Assembly (NCBI GenBank): GCA_035510735.1
Contig: DATKGN010000008.1
Coordinates: 76,466 to 140,465 of the forward strand
Direction: 5' to 3'
DNA: 64,000 nt
Source of the DNA: Patescibacteria group bacterium
GTDB lineage: Bacteria > Patescibacteriota > Microgenomatia > UBA10105 > UBA927
Below the pieces are notes generated by a model. The model searched no databases and was not told the origin of the DNA. It was given only the letters and a program-made list of their open reading frames with translations. The position numbers and the translations under genes were made by a program. This document shows positions 8,671 to 17,891 of this stretch, piece by piece (positions within the stretch are counted from its first letter, which is position 1; every line of letters starts with the position of its first letter).

Positions 8671-9776
8671 ACATCCCACTCGTCGATTTACAGGCACAAT
8701 ATAAAACAATTAAAACTGATATTGATGCGGCGATCAAACAAGTCGTTCGTAAATGTGATTTTATTTTGGGCGATGAGGTGAACGAATTTGAAAACTCTTT
8801 CGCCAAATACATCGGGGTTCACTATTGTATCGGCGTCGCAAGCGGTACGGACGCAATACACCTCATGCTTCTTGCGGCGGACGTGAAACCCGGCGACGAG
8901 GTGATAACACAGGCCAACACGTTTATTGCAACCGTGTTACCCATGATGGAATTGGGTGCAAAACCGGTGCTCGTCGACGTTGATGAGATGACCGGCGCAA
9001 TTGACATCGATAAGGTGAGAAAAGCGATCACGAAAAAAACCCGCGCCATCCTCCCTGTCCACCTTTTCGGTCGACCAGCACCTATGAATGAATTATTTCG
9101 AATCACGAATCACGAATCACGAATCACGGTTCTCGAGGATGCCGCCCAGGCTCACGGATCAACGATCAACGGGAAAAGGGCGGGTTCGTTTGGATCTATG
9201 GCTGCATTTTCCTTTTACCCGGGGAAAAATTTAGGGGCGTACGGCGATGCAGGAGCAATTACGACGAATAACAAAAAATTGGCTGACATGATACGGATCG
9301 TGAGAAACATCGGCATGCGCGAAAAATATAACCACGTGGTACCCGGCTTCAACAGCCGGCTTGATACGATCCAAGCGGCAATATTATCGGTAAAATTAAA
9401 ACACTTGAATGATTGGAATGCGAAACGGGATAACATCGCAAAAACATTTGTTCGTGAATTATCGGGTGTCGGCGATCTTGTCACTCCCCCGCTTTCAACA
9501 TCGGACGCAAAAACCAACTGGCATATTTTCCCGATACGAACAAAAAAACGGGACCAATTAATAAAGTATTTAGCGGAAAAAGGTATCCACTGCGGCATCC
9601 ATTATCCGGTCCCGCTTCATATGACACCGGCACTCAAATCCCTGGGATATAAAAAAGGAGATTTCCCGATTTCGGAACTCCGGGCGGAAACAATGCTTTC
9701 ACTGCCGATGTATGCGGAATTAACAGAACGACAGCAAGCCTACATCGTCGCAACAATCAAACGATTCTTCCGTTAA
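8667..9776 (+). CDS. DegT/DnrJ/EryC1/StrS PLP-dependent sugar aminotransferase
   Basis: ASGTDA, PVHLFG, EDAAQAHG, FSFYPGKNLGAYGDAG (PLP Lys), NSRLDTIQAA, LSLPMY. Confidence 0.95.
   Translation: MNIPLVDLQAQYKTIKTDIDAAIKQVVRKCDFILGDEVNEFENSFAKYIGVHYCIGVASGTDAIHLMLLAADVKPGDEVITQANTFIATVLPMMELGAKPVLVDVDEMTGAIDIDKVRKAITKKTRAILPVHLFGRPAPMNELFRITNHESRITVLEDAAQAHGSTINGKRAGSFGSMAAFSFYPGKNLGAYGDAGAITTNNKKLADMIRIVRNIGMREKYNHVVPGFNSRLDTIQAAILSVKLKHLNDWNAKRDNIAKTFVRELSGVGDLVTPPLSTSDAKTNWHIFPIRTKKRDQLIKYLAEKGIHCGIHYPVPLHMTPALKSLGYKKGDFPISELRAETMLSLPMYAELTERQQAYIVATIKRFFR
9100..9127 (+). repeat. Heptamer tandem repeat (GAATCAC)x4 inside the aminotransferase gene
   Basis: gaatcacgaatcacgaatcacgaatcac, encoding RITNHESRIT. 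Confidence 0.9.
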
Positions 9777-9806
9777 TCCGAGTGTATAATCCGGAAATTC
9801 TCATAA

Positions 9807-9835
9807 TTGCTCATTTATACGAAGACTATTATGAT
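9807..9835 (+). promoter_or_regulatory. Putative sigma70 promoter, leaderless-type
   Basis: TTGCTC(9807-9812)-17 nt-TATGAT(9830-9835)-6 nt-ATG 9842. Confidence 0.55.
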
Positions 9836-9841
9836 ACAACC

Positions 9842-11428
9842 ATGTTTCATATTCGGATGCATCCGCTTGTTTTGACAACGATATTGCTTCTTGTGCAACT
9901 GAGCCTATTTCTCTTTCTTTCCGTCCGTCCGAACAGAATAGCCCCACCGGATCGGGAATATCCGCCGATCGGTTACGGATATTATTACGTCAATGTCATG
10001 CGCCAGGCCATCGATGGTGCTTGGGATGTACGGGATCCGAGTTCCACCCGCCCGGTGCCGCGTATACACATCTTTACCTTTTTTACAATTCTCGGAAAAC
10101 TTGCGAAAATTACCAAAACTGATCCGGTTCTTATCTACGAACTGTTTCATGTCGGAGGCGGGGTTGTTCTCTTTTTCATCTCCTACTGGTTTATCTGTAT
10201 TCTGCTACCAAAGAGCTATCATTTTTTTGCCGTACTTTTGGTACTTGGATATGAACTCATTCCCGTAAATAACATTGGTTTTCCGTTTACTGCACATTCG
10301 CTCATCGCCCGCCATTTCGGGCTCCCCCATCATGTATGGGGTGAAGTATTCGGACTTCTATCTTTTGGTTATTTATATATTTTATGTAAAAAAATATCAG
10401 TCGCAGGCGTTATCATGCTCTTCATATTGGGAATCATCGCAACCCAGATGTTGCCTTCATACATGTTCTCAGTCGGAATTCCGGTATTTGTCACCATATT
10501 TATCTATACCATATTCACAAAAGGGATAAAAAATGCCCTTATACCAATGGTCGCTTTAGGACTCTCCATGCTTATTATGGGAATTTCACTTCATGTCGAA
10601 TCCCAAAAGGGGATTCCGTTCTCAAATCTCGTTTCTGAGGAAAAATCCTGGGCAACCAATAGCGGTCTGATCATTTCATATCTGACCTCGTGCATCGTTT
10701 ATATTCCTTTTCTCATAATGCTTGCCGTCATATCAGTGAAAAAGTGGCGCATATGGAATTCTCAAATTCACTTGACCATTCTTCTGTGCACCGCCTGGAT
10801 ACTATTTCCGCTTATAGGATTTCAATTATCGCTACAATCATGGTTTCCTATTGCAAACTGGCGGTTAGTGGAGGGCACTCATTATGTCCCTCTGGGAATT
10901 CTCTCTGCAATCGGACTTGTCCAATTCTTCTCGCTTATTTCACACCCGTATTGGAAACGCGTCGTTACCATGATAAGTCTCATCAGTATTCTTCTCTATT
11001 CCGGATGTGCGCTTACGATATATACACGGAAGAAAATGGACTTACAAAATACATTCTGGTCAAATATTTACCCGCTGAAAAGCACGATGCGGGCTATCTA
11101 CTTTTTAAATACCTTACCCAAACAAAGCGGCATCATGGTCAGAGAATATGTTGGTGAAATTATTCCCGGTTTTGCCGATGTACATGTGTTTATCGACGGT
11201 CCCATTGGATACCCCGATTGGCCGCAGCGGCAGTGGCTTTCACAACAATTTTTTTCGGGAACACTAACTGATGCTGCGGCGCTCAAACTGCTCAAGGATA
11301 ATCATATCGACTACGTTTTCGATGGCCAGGATGAACAAGCCCTCACCACAACACCCAAATTATATCCGTCCATATTAACTCCAATATTCTCAACCGATTC
11401 GGTTGTTATATTTTCGTATCACAAATAA
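9842..11428 (+). CDS. Polytopic membrane protein, GT-C-like (paralog family A)
   Basis: YYYVNVMRQAIDGAW loop, GLPHH motif, many TMs, family-A C-terminal domain (HIDYVFDGQDE). Start moved from 9782 on promoter geometry. Confidence 0.65.
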   Translation: MFHIRMHPLVLTTILLLVQLSLFLFLSVRPNRIAPPDREYPPIGYGYYYVNVMRQAIDGAWDVRDPSSTRPVPRIHIFTFFTILGKLAKITKTDPVLIYELFHVGGGVVLFFISYWFICILLPKSYHFFAVLLVLGYELIPVNNIGFPFTAHSLIARHFGLPHHVWGEVFGLLSFGYLYILCKKISVAGVIMLFILGIIATQMLPSYMFSVGIPVFVTIFIYTIFTKGIKNALIPMVALGLSMLIMGISLHVESQKGIPFSNLVSEEKSWATNSGLIISYLTSCIVYIPFLIMLAVISVKKWRIWNSQIHLTILLCTAWILFPLIGFQLSLQSWFPIANWRLVEGTHYVPLGILSAIGLVQFFSLISHPYWKRVVTMISLISILLYSGCALTIYTRKKMDLQNTFWSNIYPLKSTMRAIYFLNTLPKQSGIMVREYVGEIIPGFADVHVFIDGPIGYPDWPQRQWLSQQFFSGTLTDAAALKLLKDNHIDYVFDGQDEQALTTTPKLYPSILTPIFSTDSVVIFSYHK

Positions 11429-11432
11429 TCGT

Positions 11433-12152
11433 TTACTCCACCCTATACGTAACCACGGTTGTCCCATTTTCTTCGGTAATAAGGGGAACTGTAATATGAC
11501 CGACTTCACTGGTGTCTGCGACTTGCGTACCGCCATCGGCGACTGACCCGATCCCGGTAAGCGTCAGCTTACGGAGGGGTTTGTTAGACGGCAAACCGGG
11601 TTGCAAATAAATTGCCTCTTTTTGCAATTCTTCAAGCGGCATGAATGCAGTCACAAATGCAATCTTTTTTACTATTAATTCGTTAGCTTTCGCTTCTAAC
11701 TCCTGTTTTATATCACGGCCCAGAGTCCCCTGATATACGATAAATGGTTTTTTCCCGTGATCGCCTTTCATAGGCATGAGGGTTTTTGGCGAATATCCCA
11801 AAAGGAACATTGCAAAATCCACGACATGGCCCCCAGAGTGAATTTTCATATGACGATACCTGCGATCCCAGTCGATAACGCCGTGAACCTTCATTCCGGC
11901 CGTCGGAGCCGTAGGCGACTCAATGTAATGCCAAATTTCCCCTTCCTTCATAAGCGCCTGATACACTTTTCCGGTCCAACCATCCGACGTAAGCGCCCCC
12001 TGATCAGTCGGTTGTCCGCCGCCCATCGGATAAAAAACGGTTTCATCTAGAATCACACGATAGCGGATACCGCCCTCAGGCATTACGTCAAGAACGGTCG
12101 CATTCATTTCTTTTTTGTAGGAATCCTCCAAATAGATCGCATGTGTTTTCAT
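11433..12152 (-). CDS. alaX: AlaX-M-type alanyl-tRNA editing protein (atypical metal site)
   Basis: YLEDSY, LDETVFYPMGGGQPTDQG, IDWDRRY.HM..HSGGH; the C-terminal motif reads ADGGTQ where CGGTH is canonical. Confidence 0.85.
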   Translation of the reverse strand: MKTHAIYLEDSYKKEMNATVLDVMPEGGIRYRVILDETVFYPMGGGQPTDQGALTSDGWTGKVYQALMKEGEIWHYIESPTAPTAGMKVHGVIDWDRRYRHMKIHSGGHVVDFAMFLLGYSPKTLMPMKGDHGKKPFIVYQGTLGRDIKQELEAKANELIVKKIAFVTAFMPLEELQKEAIYLQPGLPSNKPLRKLTLTGIGSVADGGTQVADTSEVGHITVPLITEENGTTVVTYRVE

Positions 12153-12210
12153 AAAATTCCTTTCAAAATAACTCCTTATTTATACCACAATTTCTATATT
12201 TTGTGTTATT

Positions 12211-13209
12211 ATGAAGCCCATGAAACTCGTTAATAAAAACATACTTGTTACGGGCGGGGCCGGGTTTATCGGGTCCCACTTTGTGGAAGCGATTGCGAAG
12301 ACAAATACGGTAACGGTGTATGATAATTTCTCTTCCGCCGTCATCATACCTACGGAATTAACGGACTTCGGAGTATCCGATGTTATAAAAGGTGATATTC
12401 TCGACGGAATAAAATTAGAGAAAGCGATGCAAGGGATTGATGTCGTTTTCCACTTCGCTGTTGCATGCGTACGGCTCTCATTGTCACAGGAACGACATGT
12501 GCATGATGTCAATGCGACCGGAACACTCAACACGTTATTAGCTGCAAAACGAGCAGGGATCAAACGGTTTGTCTATATTTCATCCTCAGAAGTCTACGGC
12601 ACGGCAGATGGCGGGCGTATGAACGAATCGCACCCAATAAATCCCACGACCGTCTATGGCATGAGCAAATATGTGGGCGAACTTTACACAAAACATTTTA
12701 ATGATATGCAGGGCTTGCCGACCTTGATCGTTCGGCCATTCAACACATACGGCCCCAGAAGCCATTTTGAGGGAGTGTATGGTGAAGTGATCCCCCGCTT
12801 TGTTGTACGCACTCTAAATGGAAAGCAACCGATTATTTTCGGTTCTGGTAAACAAACCCGGGACTTTACGTATGTGACCGATACGGTTTCGGGGATTATG
12901 AAAGCGTTCCAATCTGATCGATTAATCGGCGATGCCATCAACATTGCGAGGGGTCAGGAAATTTCTATTTTGGATATCGCAAAAACCATCTGTAATGAAA
13001 CGCATCTCCCCTTCTCTCCGCTTATGAAACCCCCACGCCCCAATGATGTCATGCGGCACTTTGCTGACATTGCAAAAGCAAAAAAACTATTATTATTCTC
13101 GCCCAAAATTCCGATTGAAAAAGGTTTACATGAGTACGTTGAGTGGGTGAAAAAAACGTTTCCGCAACCTGAAAAACTCCTCCGCCTTGTGCCGGATACA
13201 AATTGGTGA
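12211..13209 (+). CDS. NAD-dependent epimerase/dehydratase (UDP-sugar 4-epimerase-like)
   Basis: VTGGAGFIGSH, SSSEVYG, YGMSK, RPFNTYGP, TRDFTYV. Likely start at 12220, with TGnTATTAT 7 nt upstream. Confidence 0.93.
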   Translation: MKPMKLVNKNILVTGGAGFIGSHFVEAIAKTNTVTVYDNFSSAVIIPTELTDFGVSDVIKGDILDGIKLEKAMQGIDVVFHFAVACVRLSLSQERHVHDVNATGTLNTLLAAKRAGIKRFVYISSSEVYGTADGGRMNESHPINPTTVYGMSKYVGELYTKHFNDMQGLPTLIVRPFNTYGPRSHFEGVYGEVIPRFVVRTLNGKQPIIFGSGKQTRDFTYVTDTVSGIMKAFQSDRLIGDAINIARGQEISILDIAKTICNETHLPFSPLMKPPRPNDVMRHFADIAKAKKLLLFSPKIPIEKGLHEYVEWVKKTFPQPEKLLRLVPDTNW

Positions 13210-13275
13210 GCAAAAAAATTATCGCAGGAGGTATATATTTGCCAGCACCGTCACCCGCGCGGGAACAGATTTTTT

Positions 13276-13507
13276 TGGTTAACGCGCTTACGGTCGCAAT
13301 GAAATTTAGATCCGGGCTTCAGTTCGTTCGTGAAATAATGGTTTTCTGCATTCGTAGATTATCCTCGCTCGCAAATGAATCCGGACTAAATTTTATTGGC
13401 TCCCCGCGCGGGAGGTCCAATTCTATTCGACCTAAGAAAGGTAAGCGTTGACGGATGTCCACGATCCTGCGATCGTTGGATCGAAGGACGCACAAATATA
13501 TACCGAC
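13276..13507 (+). repeat. ~230-bp structured repeat, copy 1 (inverted relative to 16108-16340)
   Basis: Aligns end to end with the reverse complement of 16108-16340 (TGGTTAACGCGCTT...GGACGCACAAA...CCGAC) and has internal hairpins. Confidence 0.9.
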
Positions 13508-13520
13508 GAAAGATAATTTT

Positions 13521-14066
13521 TTACATTGATAAATTTTTTGTGTTTATCCCAAAAAGTTTCGTAATAACTTTATAAAATTGGAGAATAAATTGACCAAACG
13601 GAGTGATCCTGTATCCATCCCCTATTCTGGTAATTGTCCCCGTGTGAATCTGTTCGTTAAACCGTTTATCCATCGCTCCATTTTTATTTACATATGTATC
13701 AATAAATGCATTCGTAAACTCTTTCTGTGTAATCTCTTGGTTATTATTGCCTCCCATATACCCCAGAAAATATACGGATATAGACCTGTCGGCAGTTACC
13801 GGAACAAGCGTAAAAAACACGAGGTTGACACAAAAAAGAACGGTGATCGCAAGAATGATATCGTGATTTGTAACACTTGGAATAATTGCACGTACTTTTA
13901 ATAATCCCAATCCGATTGAACATACGACACAAACTATGAAAAGAAGAATAATTCCTCTATAGAAAAAAATTGTCTCGCGAAATAACGGCGTATGAAACAG
14001 TGCGATATATAATACTGTTCCCGCAACAAAACTCATTACATAAAAGAGAATCGTTTTCTTTAGCAT
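13521..14066 (-). CDS. Membrane protein, 3 TM, with possible winged-helix-like C-terminus
   Basis: Three hydrophobic helices, then PVTADRSIS and RF.EQ..TG.I....DGYRITPFG, a wHTH wing-like pattern. Confidence 0.6.
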   Translation of the reverse strand: MLKKTILFYVMSFVAGTVLYIALFHTPLFRETIFFYRGIILLFIVCVVCSIGLGLLKVRAIIPSVTNHDIILAITVLFCVNLVFFTLVPVTADRSISVYFLGYMGGNNNQEITQKEFTNAFIDTYVNKNGAMDKRFNEQIHTGTITRIGDGYRITPFGQFILQFYKVITKLFGINTKNLSM

Positions 14067-14073
14067 ATAAGTA

Positions 14074-15387
14074 CTAACCGTTGCTGACGCTGCTCTTCAA
14101 ACGCGTAATCAACCGATACCATAACACAAATGACGTCAAATACAGAAACGGCTGTGCAATACTGATATGCCGTGCATAATCGTTATATCCTAAATACACG
14201 CCGATGCCAATCTGATATAGCCCGACAAGCGCGAAAAGCACAAGTGCAATATTGTAGGTAGTTTTCTTCTTCCACGCCTCGTAGAGGAAAACAGGAAACG
14301 CAACGATGACCGTGTAATTAATATACATTGCATATTGATAGGTTCGTTGAAGCGTTTGAAACAACCAATCAAACCGGTTTGTTGCCATGACGTCAACGAT
14401 GTCGCTCTTCGAGACCAGTGCACCCGGTAGTTCAAGAGTTGATTTGATAACATATGGCAAAATTGATTGACGTGTCGCTTTCGTAATAAACTCATGAAAC
14501 GGCAAAGCGTTCTTCGCATCATACATCTCAGGAAATTGACGGTAGACTTGCCAGGGGTCATCTGATTTCATATCAATCGTCGCTTGGAGCATTGGTTTAA
14601 CTCCCTGGATATCCGGGACCTGATCTATCGGCAGATGAAGAACCAGTAATTTCCCCCATAAATTCACGTCACTGATACGACTAATAGTGGGATAGCCTGC
14701 TGTCTTTGCGTTACCCCAACTGTATCCGGCAAGCACAGCACCATAGATAAGAAGACCCAACAGGCTCCAGATGATAATATTCCGGCTCCAATGTTTCCAA
14801 ATAAGGATCACTGATAATACGACGGGAAGCGCAATAAAACTTGGACGCAGGAAGGTTCCGATTATCCACATAAGGACAAATATAATGAACGAACCCACAG
14901 TGAAACGGGATAATAATCGTATGGTTAAAAAAATTGTTAACACTAACCATAAGGAGGCAAACGCCTCTGTCAGCATCGTGTGTTCAAATAAAAGAAACGA
15001 ATAATTACACGCCATAAAAATACAAAAAATTCCGGCTGCCCACAATGTAAACCGCAAATGCACAAGTAAGAAAAACAAAAGTACGACCATCAAAATACCC
15101 CCGATTGATTGGAGGACGCGAATCAACCAAAATTCAGGAACATAAACGCCGACAACAGTATCCGGCATCGCATTTGCTTTAAATAAAAACGGCGATGCGA
15201 GAATTATCGGATATAACGGGGTCCGCCACGGATCAACAATAGTTCGATTTTGAATCATTGTTTTCGCAGTTAAATAATAACTGACTGTATCACCGGTTGT
15301 TTCAAAGAAAGGAGAATGAATATTGTAAAGAACTCTGATAGCAATCGCAACGCATATGATACAAATAACCCAAAAGAATGATTTCAT
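14074..15387 (-). CDS. Polytopic membrane GT-C-like glycosyltransferase (paralog of 1215..2597)
   Basis: GDTVSYY, WRTPLYPII, MLTEAF, LRPSF, DVNLWGKLL (DINVLGRIL in the paralog). Start MKSFF at 15387 overlaps the upstream stop. Confidence 0.7.
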   Translation of the reverse strand: MKSFFWVICIICVAIAIRVLYNIHSPFFETTGDTVSYYLTAKTMIQNRTIVDPWRTPLYPIILASPFLFKANAMPDTVVGVYVPEFWLIRVLQSIGGILMVVLLFFLLVHLRFTLWAAGIFCIFMACNYSFLLFEHTMLTEAFASLWLVLTIFLTIRLLSRFTVGSFIIFVLMWIIGTFLRPSFIALPVVLSVILIWKHWSRNIIIWSLLGLLIYGAVLAGYSWGNAKTAGYPTISRISDVNLWGKLLVLHLPIDQVPDIQGVKPMLQATIDMKSDDPWQVYRQFPEMYDAKNALPFHEFITKATRQSILPYVIKSTLELPGALVSKSDIVDVMATNRFDWLFQTLQRTYQYAMYINYTVIVAFPVFLYEAWKKKTTYNIALVLFALVGLYQIGIGVYLGYNDYARHISIAQPFLYLTSFVLWYRLITRLKSSVSNG

Positions 15388-16085
15388 ACAGATTTCCCGA
15401 AATGGATATCCCAAAATACGCGCATCATATCAACAGTCGCTTCCCATACATGGATCATCCGGATTCCGCGTTTTACCTTCGCTGCTTTCTTATGAGAGAC
15501 ATTCAAAAACCCGATTCTATATCCCAATTTCTCCGCGCGAATAAGACGCTCTGCTTCATCAAACACTCCCCAGGAAATTATCGGAATGCGTGTCACGTCT
15601 TTTCGAAACGCTTTTATACTTCCTGCATCACGGGTGTCAACGCCAAAGAAATATGACGTAAACGTATTATATAAAGCGGAAACCATACTCCTCCAAACGG
15701 TATATCGCTTTTGTCGACGGACCCCAACAACGATATCATCGTTCTCTGTATCAAGTGTTTTGGCAAGCCTCAGGGTGTCTCCTGGATCCCATTCGCCATC
15801 GAGACTGAAAAGCACGATAATATCGCCCTTCGCTTTGCTGTACAGTTCACGATATGTTGTTGCAATTCCCTCATTCTTTGAGTGAAAAAACAATTTAATG
15901 TGAGATATATTTTTACAATAATTTCTCGCCCACTCCCGACTTCCGTCGAAGCTTGCGTCATCGATAAGAACGATTTCCCATTTGCGGAAAGCCTTCTTCA
16001 GTTCTTTAACAAGCTCAGGTAATATAAACGGCAAACTATGCCGGTCATTATAAATCGGCGAAACGATGGAAACTGATCTGTTCAT
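15384..16085 (-). CDS. Glycosyltransferase family 2 (DPM-synthase-like)
   Basis: VSPIYND, IDDASFD, NEGIA, SLDGEWD. Start MNRSV at 16085 is preferred because the track start lies inside repeat copy 2. Confidence 0.88.
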   Translation of the reverse strand: MNRSVSIVSPIYNDRHSLPFILPELVKELKKAFRKWEIVLIDDASFDGSREWARNYCKNISHIKLFFHSKNEGIATTYRELYSKAKGDIIVLFSLDGEWDPGDTLRLAKTLDTENDDIVVGVRRQKRYTVWRSMVSALYNTFTSYFFGVDTRDAGSIKAFRKDVTRIPIISWGVFDEAERLIRAEKLGYRIGFLNVSHKKAAKVKRGIRMIHVWEATVDMMRVFWDIHFGKSV

Positions 16086-16107
16086 AAAATTGTTAAAACG
16101 TACTTTA

Positions 16108-16340
16108 GTCGGCATGTATTTTGTGCGTCCTTCGATCTAAAGATCTCAGGATCTTGGACATCCGTAACGCTTAAGTCTTTTGCGGACTAAATATAATTTA
16201 CCTCCCGCGCGGGGAGCCAATGAAATTTAGTCCGGATTCATTTGTGAGCGAGGGTAATTTGCGAAAACAGAAAACAGTGATTTCGCGAACGAACTGAAGT
16301 CCGGATCTAAATCTCATTGCGACCTCAAGCGCGTTAACCA
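16108..16340 (-). repeat. ~230-bp structured repeat, copy 2
   Basis: Reverse-complement homolog of 13276-13507 with scattered substitutions. Confidence 0.9.
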
Positions 16341-16388
16341 TATACGTTTAACTCACGTTAAATCTTTCTTATGCTATTATAAAGAGCA

Positions 16389-17891
16389 ATGAAAAGTAAA
16401 CTCTCCGCGAATATTTATCCCGTCATAGGCAAAATTCTTATTGCCGCAACGCTAGTCCTTTGTGCAATCCTCCTCTACTCCGTCATCAAAAGCGGATATG
16501 CGTACCAATTCGATTCAGATGAACTCCATCACGCAAATCTCGTCTACCTCTACCTGCATGGTTATTTGCCCTACAAAAATATTTACAACTCATTCTATAC
16601 TCCGATTTTCGAGTTGGTCATTATGCCGGCATTTATCCTTTTCGGATTTACGTTCAGCGCTGTCGCGTTTGCGCGGTATATCATGATTATTCTTTTCCTT
16701 ATCCGGCTCATTGCGGCATATTTGTTTATAAAACAAATATTTTCCAAACGCGCAGCACTATTTTTTTTGCCGCTTTTATTGTTTGACCCGTTTCTCGTAT
16801 ATTCCGCCATGCAAATCCGTCCGGATAATCTCATGATGACCCTCTATACGATCGCGCTTGCCCTCCTTGCATACGGTCTCAAACGAAAAAATAGTATTCT
16901 CCTCTCTATCTCCTCATTTTTCTTCGGATTATCAGTGCTCACGTTTATGAAAATACTCCCCGGAGTTGCGGTCGTAGGCATTGTCATACTTATCTATTGC
17001 ATCGCAAAACGGATGACAAAATTTCTTGTCCCCATGGCAATCGCATGTTTCTTACCGTTTATACTATTTGCTCTCTATGGCGTCGCAATCGGTGCACTTC
17101 ACGAAATGATACTGCAGCTATTTTTAGAAGCCAAAACCGCGTACAACGTATTTCAGTATCCAATACCGTTCGGCAATTTTAATGAGCCCAATAATATTTT
17201 TGTGTATGGCGCCATGGGGACGCCGTCAACATGGACCTATGTATGGATTCTGCCGATGATCGGCGGTGCCGGATTTTACGCCTGCATGCGCGACGTATTC
17301 GATAAGGAAAAGAATTCGCGAGAATCCGTCATAAAAATAATTCTCTGTTTATCCGCTATCGTACAAATCTTCGTCATATTTTCCGTTCCGTCTGTTTTTT
17401 TACAACACTATCTCCTGGTCAATTGGTTATTTGCCCTATTTGGCGCTATCACGATTGATAACGCTTTAACCCTCCTTGGGCGGTACCGCATTATTCAGGC
17501 TGTACTCATTATCATCCTCATGTATTTCTATGTAATCCTTGTGCACGACAGCTATACATATAATCTCGTGAGGTCAGGAATTACGGCTCCCGAAAACCTC
17601 AAACCGTATGAAACAACGTGGCACATCATCCCCCCCAATGAAGCGGTATTTCCCAATTATCTCTTCCGCCCACCCTCCTATCCCGTCCCCTTCGGGTACT
17701 TTATCGGCAACGTCCCTCCCGCTATTCTTGCCCGCTTGCCGTCAATTACAGGAATGCTTGAAACCAAAAAATTGAAACATTTGGTGTTAGATGACTATAC
17801 AATGAAAACGCTTCAACCCGATGTGCAGAGATATATCGCCGACCACTATGCCCGCCTCGCGGCCAACAGCGCTATCTGGGTAAGGAAATAA
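16389..17891 (+). CDS. Polytopic GT-C glycosyltransferase (ArnT/PMT-like)
   Basis: First-loop DSDELHH, YTPIF, QIRPDNL, more than 10 TMs, small soluble C-terminal domain. Confidence 0.72.
   Translation: MKSKLSANIYPVIGKILIAATLVLCAILLYSVIKSGYAYQFDSDELHHANLVYLYLHGYLPYKNIYNSFYTPIFELVIMPAFILFGFTFSAVAFARYIMIILFLIRLIAAYLFIKQIFSKRAALFFLPLLLFDPFLVYSAMQIRPDNLMMTLYTIALALLAYGLKRKNSILLSISSFFFGLSVLTFMKILPGVAVVGIVILIYCIAKRMTKFLVPMAIACFLPFILFALYGVAIGALHEMILQLFLEAKTAYNVFQYPIPFGNFNEPNNIFVYGAMGTPSTWTYVWILPMIGGAGFYACMRDVFDKEKNSRESVIKIILCLSAIVQIFVIFSVPSVFLQHYLLVNWLFALFGAITIDNALTLLGRYRIIQAVLIIILMYFYVILVHDSYTYNLVRSGITAPENLKPYETTWHIIPPNEAVFPNYLFRPPSYPVPFGYFIGNVPPAILARLPSITGMLETKKLKHLVLDDYTMKTLQPDVQRYIADHYARLAANSAIWVRK

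Noticed and set aside
13203-13451. 82-aa ORF after the epimerase
   Set aside because: It lies almost wholly within the non-coding structured repeat and has no protein motif.
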